From: Raillietiella orientalis
Lineage: Eukaryota
Length of the DNA stretch: 64,000 bases
Assembly (NCBI GenBank): GCA_036172245.1
Contig: JAYWIR010000001.1
Span: 1,860,001-1,924,000 of the forward strand
Direction of reading: 5' to 3'
The notes beneath the pieces were generated by a model. It made no database searches, was not told where the DNA came from, and saw nothing but the letters and a program-made list of their open reading frames with translations. Of this stretch, positions 35,601 to 47,559 are shown piece by piece. The position numbers were made by a program, and so were the translations under genes. How positions within the stretch are numbered: position 1 is the stretch's first letter; each line of letters begins with the position of its first letter.

Positions 35601-36499
35601 GGACATCCCTCTGTGGCCTTCACCTTTAAGCGAGTGACCTCCACTTATTTCTTGACCCCTAGGTGCTTCGAGAGTATCCCAGCTTCCCCGGAAAACATGT
35701 TTCCCCTTTTGCTTTTTTCCAACATCCCCTTCCTCCCACTTCCTTTTGCCCAGCGTTTCCATTCGTCTGTTTGACTCTTCCGTGGTTGCCGCTCATTTCC
35801 AGCCAGTAGGTGAGCTCTCACCGTCCGTTGTTGGCTTTTCCGCTATCACCATCGCTGTGAAAGGAAGGCTGGAAGTGAATCCTCTCATTTCTCTGGGGGA
35901 AGCACCTTCAAACGAAGTGGGTTCTTCGAAAATCGAAGTCATTGGGTGTTCCAGTGCATCGCGAAGGGGACGGTAGAACATGGCCACGGAAATGTTCTTT
36001 CTCGAGAGACCACGTCGTCAACAGTTTCCGGAAAACCTGGAAGTGGCCAAGGTGTTCCTCTGGGGCGGGCGAGCGATCCCTGTTCGAGAGCCGTTTCTTT
36101 CGTTCCCGCAAAAGCGTTTGCGTGGTTGTTCGACGAATGTTTGGTCCTACATCCCTACACCCCTTTGTCGGGATTCCGGTCGGGATGAACAACATGCTTG
36201 GATTATTGCTTTTCGTTGTCAGGAACTGCCCCGAACTTTTGAGACGAAGCGCTGTCAAGTACAACCTTTCGGTTGTACAGAGCGCTGTTGTTGCAGGGAG
36301 CGTCTATTTGGGATGCGCACTCGCGTGCAGCTGCAGAGAGCGCGGAGAAACCGGTACCAAATCTAAAAACGACTGCAGCGGCAAAAAATCTCAGCTCGTG
36401 CATGCCCCAGCCAATCCGGAATCCCAGCGGGCCCGTTGCTCCGGGTTCGAGGGTAGGCTTCCAACGAAAGGAAGCCGTCGAAGATGGCTGCGAAGTTTT

Positions 36500-37150
36500 C
36501 GGTAAGAATCGTTCGTTCTGGGACGCTCGATGACGAAGAAGAAGGAAAGATCCAGATGTTGTCGTGGGCTTTCAGATGGGTCGATTTCATTCTTTGGACG
36601 TTCTTTCGGAGATCCCAGCATCTCGACTCTTCCACCAGATCTCGTCCCCAGAAGCGCCTCCGACAGACCGGACAGCAGTTTCGAAATCGCGGGGTTCTTT
36701 CGGAAAAACAAGCTCGCCTCCCGGGGTCCGCAGTCCAAAAAAGGAGCGAGGAGAGCTGCTTGGAGCCTCCGGCGCTTCGTGATGGAGGCAGCGCTCTCTA
36801 ACTCGGCTACTTCAGAAAAAAATCGTCCACGTCTTTCCGACGCTTGGCAGCGCTCGGCTCACCTGTCGTCCGTGTGATCCCCTAGGAAACGAAGCAACCG
36901 AATCTGCAGCCAAGCAATTGATCCCACCGTGGTTGACGCAGAGACGTTTTTTTTGCATCATTCGAGTTTCCGACCATCTTCGAGAGCAACGCCTCATCTC
37001 GTCCGGAGCAGCATCGTCTCGCCCCGAGCTAGGTAGCTCGGGTGTCTCAGGGATCTCAAGGCCTTACGCAGAAACTGGGGCTGTCCCTCACCACAGCCCC
37101 AGTTTCTGCCGTAACTGGCGCTTTTCTAGTCATCGTGTGAAGTGGACGGG
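36500..37150 (+). mobile_element. Second copy of the same LINE APE region in opposite orientation
   Basis: 36610-36790 is a reverse-complement match to 35360-35600; 'DPDVVVGFQ' resembles PDII-LQET. Confidence 0.55.
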
Positions 37151-38752
37151 TGGTCGTCCGCTCCGATTCTGATAAAGTTGAGGCACGTGGCCTACGGGTG
37201 TGGATGCACCCCTCCATCGCTCGCACGTGGTGGGCTCCAAATCGAAGGGAAAGTGGGAGCGGGCGCGCGAGGAAACCCCAGCGCGAGATCCTCACATCGC
37301 AGGGACACGAAGAGCGGCGCGCGAGTCCTTGCGACCACCTCCTCCAACCTTCTGTTCCCGCATACGCGTGCGCGGAAGAGCGCGAATGTTGCAAGAAGCC
37401 AGATTCCAGCCTGTCTGCTCGTGCTCTTCGGAATTCCGTCCATTCGTCTGCGTGTTTTCATTCCTGCGGAAGAAATATATCATAAATTTGTCGAGTTCGT
37501 CTAGAAAGTCCCCCTCCCCTCCCTCCCCCCATGTATACCTTATCTATGAATTTTTGTCTTGGATCTCTGCCTTTTCCCTTCCTTCCTTCCTTCCTTTTTT
37601 TTTTTTTTTTTTTGCCTTCTTGCGTTTCCGAATTTAATTTACCTGTGATGTATTCCAGACTGCGCACACAGCATTCTGTGTTATGCTCCTCTCCGTCTTG
37701 GAAGTGCATCCCGTGTCCACACGTTCGAAAGCGCACGGTCACAGAGAAGTAAGTTTTGTTCGCGGTGCTTTGTAGATTCGATTGCGTTCCCGTGGTCCGG
37801 CCGCTTCCCTGTTTCTTTTTCCCCCGTTTCACCTCCCATCGCAGTTGGTTTTACGTGTTGTTACCCCTTCGCCCCCATCCCCGTCCGTGTTGGCTGCTCC
37901 CATCTCGGGGAACGTGCCGCTGGTTTGACATGGTTGAGGTCATCGGGTTTTCTGTGGCGTCGAGGCGAGTGATCTGGACCATATCTCTATCGGGAAGATC
38001 ATGTCTGCTTTATTCCTTGTAGATCTGAACGAGTCTCCGGGGCGAAGAGAGGAAGAAAAGTCAAATGCTTTCCCACGTTTAACTCCTTCCTCCCTAAGAC
38101 TTCCTCTGCAGCGCCATCCGTTTTTTTTTTATTCCTTCCGCCATGCCTCTCTTCCTAATCTTTTTTGCCTCGTCTTGTTGACCTTTCCATCTCGTGTGCG
38201 CGCATGGACGATGTCTCGTTTTCCCGTGATGCCTACTGTGTTCCCACGAATTCGCGCACCCAGAAACGCCATCTCTGCCTCTTCGGTTTCCAATGATATG
38301 CCTGCGAGGATGGCGTTTCGTCCCCTCGTTAGTCGTCCCTCCTCCTCGAACTGCTTGAGTACGGTGCGGCTAGAGGAAACCTTGAAAGAGGGTTCGGCGA
38401 GAAGAGGAGAGATTTATTTTTCGCTCCTCGGATCATTGCGTCCGGTTTTGTCCTGGGAAAAGAGCTAGTGGAATGCTGCAAGGGACTCCTTCTTTCCTCT
38501 CGCCCTCTCCGGAGCGCCCCGGTTGGTAGTCGGGAACCGCCGCAGAGTTCTAATCCTCCCATTTTTTAGTTCTGTACTTCGGACTTCTTCCAGTTACGTA
38601 ACGAAATGTCCGGAAGCGTGCAGTTAATCTCGTGACAGGCGATCTCTGCGAGGAGACGGAGGACACAAAAGGAACCCTGCCTTTTTTTTTATTTGGATGT
38701 TTTCTCCACTATGTGATGGTCGCCACGTTCGTCTGTGCATTCTTTTGTTGTC

Positions 38753-39470
38753 CTCTGAAATTGCTTTTCTCGAGCAACTTGCAAACAGCAGAATCCGCGC
38801 ATCCTCAACCAAAGAGGACGAGGAAGGGAATCACAGCGCTCGGCGTAAGAGGAGAGGAGCCGCAAGACACTCATCGCCTAAGTAATTCTTCAAGTTAGGG
38901 GGTGGCCATTTAGAAACCACCCTGTGGAATCCAGGAAGTCTCAGGAGGAAAGAGTCTGTTCCTCTTACTCTTGGTAGGGGAACCCTGAAAGGAACCCTCA
39001 CCCCGGTTGTCTCCGAAGGGAGCCTCTTCCTTATTCTCTCCGGAGAGAGCCTCCACAAGGGAACCGCTCCGTGTTTCCTCCTCTCAAGAGGACCTCAATG
39101 GGAGGCTTCCAAATTTCTATGAAGGGAGCTCCCCGAAGAAAGCGGCTCGCTTCCTACATTCTGGAGAGGCGATCCCCCGAGGAGGTATCAACCAGCTCCA
39201 TGGTACGCGATAGGGAGTCCCTCCTCGAAGGGGAGACGGCTCCATTTTCACACTCGGATGGAAATCCCAGAGGGTCCTCTTCCAGTCCCGGCCAGTCAGC
39301 AGGGCATCCGGTTTCCGGATTCCACCAGTGCCGCACCCGGAGCCAATTAGCCAACCAGCGTCATCCTGCGAAGGGCGAGGGGAGGGCACCCATTCTTCGG
39401 CGTCGATCTTTCCCCGGGAGGGATTCGAACCCGCAACGCTTGGTGCCATGCGCAGCCACCCAACGCGGGC
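38753..39470 (-). mobile_element. tRNA-derived SINE variant with an alternative 3' segment
   Basis: B-box (reverse complement at 39421-39431) and standard body to AACTTGAAGA, followed by a non-standard segment at 38753-38885. Confidence 0.75.
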
Positions 39471-40406
39471 AAGAGATCGATGTACTATGGCTGGTAGCCT
39501 GGAAGCCTGCGGGGCAGTTCGGAATCTCGGACATCGAAGCGCTCGTAAAAGCCAACAGGGAACGCGCGTCTGGAAAGCGTGGCCACCACAGCAGCAACGC
39601 CGGAACCAAGCGCACGCACGAGTCCAAATCATCTAGATCTAACCCTAGATCAGGGAAAGAGCATACACAAAAGCAAATTTCAGGCAAATTTTCGAATGCG
39701 CTTGCTGTTGTACCACGGCCACCTTGGACAAAAAGGGATGGTCAATTTTCGTGGGACGCGAATTTTTTTTTCCCTTGTTTAATGAGACATCACTTCTGTG
39801 CGTTCATCCTTGTCCGAAGCCCAATTATCTGCTCCATACCGAAATCATCTCGCCGAACTACAAGCTTCGCTCTCCCGAACTCGAGAGAAACCAAAGCCTT
39901 GTCATTCAAAGGCCCCACGAAAGCAGGGGAGGATGCGTGTTTAACTATCCTTGCGTACCAGGGACGGTCACCACGTACCAGTTCGGTGCGAGTCCCGCAT
40001 GAAGGGACTTTTTGCGGACTGGTCCTGAGCCCCGGTTAAACCTCTGCGGCCCGAAGGGCTGTCTCAAACCGAAGAAGGAAATTCTAAAAGCTTCTCTGAG
40101 GGAAAACTACGCCGTTCCCGAGCTTGGGCGACACTCGAAGCTGATCCAGCAGCGGTTCAATGAATGTGCAATGTTGCTCTGCGAGTGGCGGAACCTGAGG
40201 CTAGCACTCGCTCCGTTGGCACTCATGGCACGGCCGCGAAAACGGGAGCATCCTCCTGCAGGGTCGTCGGAAATCACAATTTTCGGTTGCATGGTTACCC
40301 GGTTTGCGTACAGCGCGGTTTGATTGAAGGCAAAGGTAAAAAATGGAAATAAGGCAGACCAGAGAAGAAGGAAAAAATGGATTGCCCCGGAATTTCTTCC
40401 TGAACC

Positions 40407-40650
40407 GAGAACAACCTGAGGCGAAGGTTCCCTTCGAAGTTTGCCTACCAAGAGTAAGAGGAACGGACCCTTTCTTCCGAAGACTTCCTGGATTCCACAG
40501 GGTGGTTCCTAAATGGCCACCCCCTAACTTGAAGAATTACTTAGGCGATGAGTGTCTTGCGGCTCCTCTCCTCTTACGCCGAGCGCCGTGATGGTTGAGG
40601 ATGCGCGGATTCTGCTGTTTGCGGGTTGCTCGGGAAAAGCAATTTCAGAG
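40407..40650 (+). mobile_element. 3' fragment of the same SINE variant, inverted copy of 38753-39013
   Basis: Long reverse-complement match including the non-standard segment; 19 bp indel. Confidence 0.8.
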
Positions 40651-41149
40651 CATACTTCGGATTCTGTAGCTGTTCCCTTCGGAGCATGGTACGCGGCTGC
40701 TGGATGTTTAATTTGGATTCGGATCTGACGCAGTGGATCGCAAAACTTGCCTAAATGATGACAGAGGAAATTCACAGCCCGAGGAGCGAGAGGAAGACCG
40801 GGGTAGAGAAAAAACCATAAACAACAGTTGATAACCAATTCCCAATATTATCGACGACGTCATAAGCGAAGACCGGGAAGGCAACGAGAGGTGTCCGTCC
40901 GATTTCTGGGAAGTACGAAAAATTACCAAAGAGTGCAGACAATTTACGAGGAACAAAACTGCCTTGGGCTCGTATCGAGCCGATTTCCTGCACTCGAAAG
41001 GCAAGAAGATCTCCAGGACCGCGCTTCCGTTTTTCTCGCACTCCTCGGAACGCGCCAAGGGAGACGCTGGGATTTCCTTTGCCGTTTGTTTCCGCTCTTT
41101 GCCCATCACGTCCAGCGAAGTTGGCCTCACGTATTCGTTTCTTTGTTTC

Positions 41150-41700
41150 CCTCTTTCTTCCGTTGTTTCTCAGCGAGTTAGTTGGTTTCTTGCTGGAGCT
41201 TCGCCTTTCAAAGGGAAGCCACGGGTCTTTGCGCAGCATCACCTGTGGAATCGCAAATGCAGTGCACGGCCGAACGGGATAGAAAAATGCCGTTTGTTCA
41301 GGCGAACCTGGCCAAATAGAGGACATCATTAGGAGCTCACTGTCAATTCGTTCCATAAATCCTGATGGTCTTGCACTCCCTGCTTCGAGTTCCATTCTCT
41401 GAAATCCGCGTCGAGGATCCAGTCGGCGGTCAGCTCCCGAATCCTTCGCGTCTCAACTGTGAACCGTTGCGCCTTCATCTTGACGTCATCTGCTCGGTAC
41501 AGGAAGGGCTCGCCTTCCTTAAGCCTCGTCGGAGATAAGTGGATAATTGGATTTATTTGGAAACAATCTCTCGCAAAACTTTTTTGGACTCCACCGTCGC
41601 TGTCCCATGCAACACAAAGAACAGGGCGGCGGATTTGTATGCATGTGGTGGGACGAGGCTGCCGATGCACACCTTGGCGCGTAAATCCTCTTTAGAGTGG
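41150..41700 (-). mobile_element. Possible CACTA/EnSpm transposase remnant
   Basis: 'VAWDSDGGVQKSF...INPIIHLSPTRLK' resembles N-DG...KS...WPI...I-LPP-R. Confidence 0.4.
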
Positions 41701-43197
41701 CTATGATCCGTGATAATCTAGATCTGCCTAGTTTTCCAATTCAGATGCATGAACTCTTTTGGCGATAAGCAGCTTCCGGTCTACAGGAAGTTTCTGGAAC
41801 CGAGAAGCGTTTTTTTCATTTTGGGAAGCAAGCGGGTACCTAACGAAACACAATTTCTCTCTCTCATTCTTTTTTTTCCAAGTTGCGTACGTAGCCGTTG
41901 ATATGAAGGGGTACTGATGGGTGCGATATAACTTGGATGTAGGGCATTCTTGATGTACGCTCTGCCTATGATGCGTGGGTAATGGAGCTGGACGCGTCGA
42001 ATTCAAAGTTTTCCGGAAGGCAAAAGTCTCCCTTGGATGTTCCAAGAGAGAAGAGGGTAACTTGCAAAGATACGCATAAGTTGCCTCCAAAAACTTAAAG
42101 ATTCAAAGCGACGAAAGATCGATTTTTCTCTCTTCGGAATGCTGCCGTGTAGCATCGGAAAAGCCGCCTCCATGGTGTCACGCTGCTGAGTCAACTTCCG
42201 TTTAAGAAACTTGCAAAAGCACGGACTCGTTTTCGAGTGCGCCTCTTCTGGATTTGCTTGATCGGGAATCTTTCAAAAGCTGCAGCTCCCTCGCAACTCC
42301 TCGCGCAAAGTTCTGGTTCTTCCCGGCTGGAATTTCGAGCAGCTTCCCATGCAACGTACGCCAAAACGAAGGCACCATCGCTTTGGCTCCCTTCTTTTGG
42401 AACTGATGGCGCCCCCTGCGTCTGAGAAACCCATTTGCCCCGCCTGACGAGAATGAAGTTTCTCACCAGTCCGTCGGGGCTTTTCGGTGTTCTCCTCTGC
42501 GAGCCCCAGCAACACCCCTAATGCGATTGGTCAACACCCCGTTTCGGTCGGTTTCCTCAGACTCCACGAGGCCTTTTGAACGGCCGGCTCTGCAAACTCG
42601 TCGTTTCGCGTGCGCGCCGAGAGCAGGAGGCTCGTGCTTCGGTTGCGTCTTCCCAGGCGACAGGTCGACTGTCGGTCTGTCGGCCGTCACCGTGGCAGCA
42701 ACATGCAAATGTTTCCCACGAAGAGGAAGGAGCTATCTCGCATTTCTTTCGCTTCCTCCTACGTTTTCCTTTTATTTATCCTATATGTTTCTCTTTCGCT
42801 TCGTTGTTCGCTACATTAACTTTTTTTTCCTTTTTTTACAGGAATTTGCGATTCCGAGAATTTGGGCGAGCGAATGAATTCTCAAAGTACATCAAGGAGA
42901 AGAGAGCTGGAACTAATCCGGGCTATTTCGTTTTGATGAGGGCTCCGACGTCTCAGATGACAATGCACTGGTAAGGTTCGTTTTGTCATTACTTGATCCG
43001 TTCCGAACAGAATCGGAAATCTCTGTCAAAACTCGAGCTATGCAGAGCTCCCAAGATCGACTGTCAAGTTGAAATGATTCCTCATTGAAATTGTGTTTCT
43101 TTCGGAGCAAAGCCATTTGTGGGTTTCCGAGGGAGGATGGGAAAATCGTGCGCGTTCGATCTCACATGAGCGGCCGTGCGCTCCGAAAACCATCTCC

Positions 43198-43345
43198 CTC
43201 CCACATTGGCGGACTTGCAGCTGCGGTTCTTCGTGCGTTGCAGGTTCGAATCCCACCAGGGGAAAGATCGGCTCCGAGAACGGGCGGTGCGTCGTGCGTT
43301 TCGATTCCCCCCTCCCCCGCAGGATGACGCTGGTTGACCTTGTAG
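43198..43345 (+). mobile_element. SINE head fragment truncated next to an L1/Tx1-like 3' end
   Basis: GGTTCGAATCC at 43243-43253; GCAGGATGACGCTGGTTG block. Confidence 0.8.
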
Positions 43346-43365
43346 GATTCAGATGCGTCACTGGT

Positions 43366-44860
43366 TGACACCCGGCCGGGGCTTTTATTTATAAAATAAA
43401 CATATATGTCTATGGCAGGACATTTGATCCTGCCAAGTTACTCATAACTACGAAGTTGAATCTGCCGGGATCTGGCACGCAGGTCAGCGGGGTTCGCCTC
43501 GGCAGTACAGGAGATGCGGAGACAGACAAAAAGAAAAAATTAACCAAACAAAAATGCAGTCAAAAAATGGAAAGGGGGAGGTTCCGGAAGGGATCCCTGT
43601 GTGCTGGAGGGTGTCCTCTGCATCCTTGTAAGGATGCCGGCAAGCTCCTGTTTTATAGTTCCCAGATGGGCCATCTTGACGCTGTCCTCATGAAAAGGAC
43701 AGCAAAATAGATGGCGTCCCTGTCGTTTTGGGCTCCTCTTCTGTCGTTGCTGCCCTATGCAGCCACGGTCCCGCCGCGTGGGCAGCAAAGTGCTGCTGGA
43801 GATGCGGCCGGCGTGAGGGCATCTCGCAGGGAGAGGCGCTTTAAAACGTCTTAGAGTTTGCCGCCGGGGATTGCGGCAAAGCGTCCCCAAAGGGGCCGGA
43901 AGGCAACACAGTCCACTAGGAGGTGCGGGAAGGATTCTTGCTCCCTGCATCTTGCATAGTTTGGGTGCATACACCCCCGTGTCCAATGTGCCGGCGGGCG
44001 TTGCACGGGAGACCCCAGTGCAGCAGCATCAACGCCGACTCCTGCCACTTTAAAGGGAGGGAGCAAGTGCCTAAAAGCACTGTGAGCTACTCTAGGTTTT
44101 CCAGTGGAATACCCAGTAGCACGCCCCAGCGCAAAAGTCCATGAGGTCAAGTACTCGGGGTCTCAGCGTCGGTGAGCTGGCCCGTCGTCCACTCGCCTAG
44201 TTCTTTCCTCCTTCCGGAGATTTCCACAGTAACCTCCCATCTAGCCGTAAGGCTGCTGTCTGAGTGTTTTCTAAGGGAGGGCAGTGCGGCGGCGAGGAAG
44301 GTTCTGCTTGTCTACTCACTTTTCATGGGATCTTCCAGGATCTCCCAGAGTATTCATTTGTTGCGCGCGTACAGGGAAGGTCGCCTCTGTTCCGCGCTTG
44401 GCCCCTGGATCCGCGCCCACTTGCACACGGTTTTCTGCAACCAGGCACTGCCGTTCGTGGAGCGGCATGAGATCCATCCGTTGTTATTCTTTAGAGTGGC
44501 CACCTGCTGAAGGTACAGTCCGTAGTGAATGAGGCTTCGTGGAGGGCGTGCAAGGAAGGACGTGAGTCCAACGCTGCCGGTGACTTTCTGGACGAGAAGA
44601 CTTGCAGGTTGGCATCACCTGCAAGTCTACTGCTCCAGAGCTTCGCCACGAGGGCTAGTGCTGGTAACTGGAGCTGCAGCTCCATTCGCTCCAACGTTAG
44701 GAGGCCGAGGTCGCCGTCAGGGTGCGTCACTGGTGGAAGCCGGAAACAAGATGTCCCCGATGAGTGGTCGGAAACGGAAGCTGACCCTTCGGTATCCTTA
44801 CGGGAATCAAGGAGTCGGTTCCCTCCCGGTTGTGCAAAGGGAGCCGCTTCTCTCCGAGGA
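43366..44860 (-). mobile_element. L1/Tx1-like 3' portion with 3' terminus
   Basis: 'HPDGDLGLLTLERMELQL' (GGLGL), zf-RVT-like region, 'ILTRMQRTPS', hairpin at 43413-43435, terminal CCCGGCCGGG at 43371-43380. Confidence 0.75.
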
Positions 44861-44879
44861 GGGGATCTCTTTCCATCTC

Positions 44880-45395
44880 GTGTCATGGAGCTGGTGTATT
44901 GGTTTAACACCCGGTTGCGCCGGGACATTTTTTATAAAAATAAAGATAAAAGGTGTAGGGCTATCGGTCCTACAACGTCCTAGAGAGTTCTGAACTTGCC
45001 GAGTACCAGCACGCAGAACTGGTGCATTGGTAATACCCCGCCAGAGTTCAGGAAGCGCGCTGCTCCTCCCTTTGGGAGCGACGCGCCTTCAGAGAAAACT
45101 TGGAAGCGTCCCTCTGGGGTTCTCTTCAGAGGAGGAAGCAAGGAGTGGTTCATTTTCCGATTCACTCCGGAAAGAGTGAGGAAGAGGATTGCCCTTCGGG
45201 GTTCCCCTACCAAGCGTGAAAGGAACGGGACTCCTTCCTACGGAGCGTGGATTCACACGGTGGTCCCCTTTTCGGGTATCCCTAACTTGAAGAGTCAGCA
45301 CGCACCCTCGGGTGACGTAGGTAGTGCTAAAGAGCTTCGTGGGCTTCCATAAGGCGAACGGTTCTTCAGCACTCCTTGGAAACCAAAAGAAAAGA
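44880..45395 (+). mobile_element. SINE 3' portion interrupted by a mini L1/Tx1 insertion
   Basis: CATGGAGCTGG, body blocks, GCACCCTCGGGTG, GAACGGTTCTTCAGCACT, A-rich tail. Confidence 0.8.
44904..45018 (-). mobile_element. ~115 bp 5'-truncated L1/Tx1-like 3' end with 13 bp TSD
   Basis: CTGGTGTATTGGT (44891-44903) and CTGGTGCATTGGT (45019-45031) flank sequence homologous to 43366-43480. Confidence 0.7.
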
Positions 45396-45699
45396 CCTCT
45401 ACCCCTACCCCCCCAAATAACTGGAAGGAAACAGCGAGAGAGGAAGAATCCAAAAGGATCCCTGTCATTATAGGCCAATGGTAACGATTTTCGCGAGGTT
45501 TCCACTGGCCTTTTATAAAATGAAAAAGGCTGTCTTCGGCATGTTTTCGTGGAGGTCGGTCTACCCAACCGTTCAGCTTCGGCCTCCGAAAAACTGCTGC
45601 TTCTTCCGTGGCATGGCAATCCGGACCCTTTTGGAAACTTCTTCCGTGGCTTCTGGCCGTGCCTTTGCCGGGGGAAATGCATTCACCGCGTATCATTGT

Positions 45700-47300
45700 G
45701 GGTCCTCTTTGTCCGGTGAGTCATACTTCCTCCCTGACGACTCGCGACGCGTTCACGGCGTAAGGTTGCCTCTGCACGCGCGCCTCCTCCGTAGCAGAGA
45801 CTGGATGATGCTATGCCGTAAATATAGTCGCAACGGATGGCTGGTTCGTGGTGTCGCGGCTTCGAGGTCCGCTCTTCTCTCTGTTCTCGACTCCGGGTAG
45901 GACAAGACAAAGAAACGATGCCTCCCCGTGACGTCACCATGCCGTAGTCCAGCTCACTGAACGCAGCTGTGACAGACCACCATAGGTACCTGCCACCCTC
46001 CTCGTTATTCGAAGTGCATGAGTCTTCCTTGTCATGACGAAAGACCTCCAATTCCTGATTGTCCATTGCTTAGCACTCGCAGGAAGACCTCGCTTAGCGG
46101 GCGGTTCCCCTCGTTTCACCGGAGCAAGACTCCGATGGAACAGTACTGTCTTGAGAACAGGGAATCCTTGCTTAAAAAGGCTTTCTGAGAGATCGTCACA
46201 ATGCAGGAGTGGGTAGCTTCCCGGCCCTCGGTTCTCCTGCCAAGCACCGACAACTGCCGGTTCTTCCGAGGCTGCTGTCTGTTGCCGCCCTCTCTTTGCT
46301 CGGCCAGACCGAGAGGTGCCGCGTCCGCTCGCGGCAGTGGGACTCCGCAGCTACCTGGCCTCTCGAGAGCCAGGAATTCGGAAACTCAGGCATGGCTGGC
46401 TGGCTGGCTGGTGCTTTCTGGTTTCCACATTCGTTGCAGGCGCACCAGACGTGTTTGGCGACCAGGAAGATTCCCTGGCCGCATGCGGCTCCACGCAAGA
46501 GCGTCTTTGGATAACCTCCGGCGCCCTGCCCCTTTCTTGTCCAGCTCGAGCCTTTCAGGAACGGAAAGGCTCGGTGAGTTTATTCCTCAATCCGGTCCAG
46601 GAACCCGTTGCTTTGCGCGTCGGTACCTCATATCGCCTTTGGCACTCTTCGATCTTCCTTACCCTGCGCTTCGGTTCTGTCACCGTGCGCTGTGGACATT
46701 CTTCGAGGGGCAGGGTGAAAAGGGAGTCGCCATGCCCTCCCTCTCGTTTGTGAACGCTTGCTTGCTCTTCCGGAGTTTAGCCTCCTCCCGAAGGAAGTGG
46801 GAAAGGAGAGGGAAGCTTGCGGGGCTGATCGCGTCTACCGCCTCCGTGGTGTGCGCGCGCCCTTCGCGCACCAGGAGAGGGGCAGCGGGACGACCGGGCT
46901 TTTCCGGGGTGTCGAAGGGGTCTCGCGCTTTGATCCACGACCTTTCTCATCTCGTCCTCCGGAGCGTCGAACCGCCAACGACCTTCCTGACCCGTTGGGA
47001 AGGCACGGAGGCGTGGAGCGTGAACCGCGCGCAAGTTCCGGGGCGAAACCGTGAAAGTCGAGTTTTGTTTTGTTTTGCACATCGCGCCGTTCCCCTCGTC
47101 TGCAGGGGTGCCTGGTGTTCGTTCCAGCTTGTCGCCTGCCGATACATCCCACCCGGGCACGCGATGGCGACCTCTGGTGTCGTGCGCATCGTGCAACGCT
47201 GAATCCCCTTTCGAGCTAGCGCGTTTTCCACCTTGGCGCACCGAGCAGGATGCACAGCCGGCGCGTCACACGTCCCGACAGCTACCTGCCCACATCTTCC
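45700..47300 (-). mobile_element. Decayed LINE reverse transcriptase (Jockey/CR1-like)
   Basis: 'REGRAHTTEAV' (FR-RST-A), 'AFTNEREGMATPFSPCPSKNVHS' (AF...F-D-SKAFD), 'GQGIFLV' (PQGS), 'IYGIASSSL' (KYLG). Confidence 0.55.
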
Positions 47301-47559
47301 AAGTGCTCCCTCGCTGCTGGGACGTCAAGTGGTGTGCTGCTGACGATGCTTGCTCGGCTCTGGGACTGTGGGCAACCGTGGAGAAGGGTGGTGGCTCGGA
47401 ACCCCTGGTGTGTTGCGCGCCCTCCTTCCGGCCTATCCCACCCTTCCATTCTTGATTCCCCGTTTTCCATCAGTAAGAGGAAAAGAAAGAAAAGATCGGT
47501 TCCGATGATCGTGGTCGTCATGGTGCATTTTCTATTTTCGTGCGCTCCGCCGTCGTTTT

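Noticed and set aside
35360..36790. TIRs of a MITE around 35600-36600
   Set aside because: The inverted segments are internal LINE endonuclease sequence from two oppositely oriented copies, not termini.
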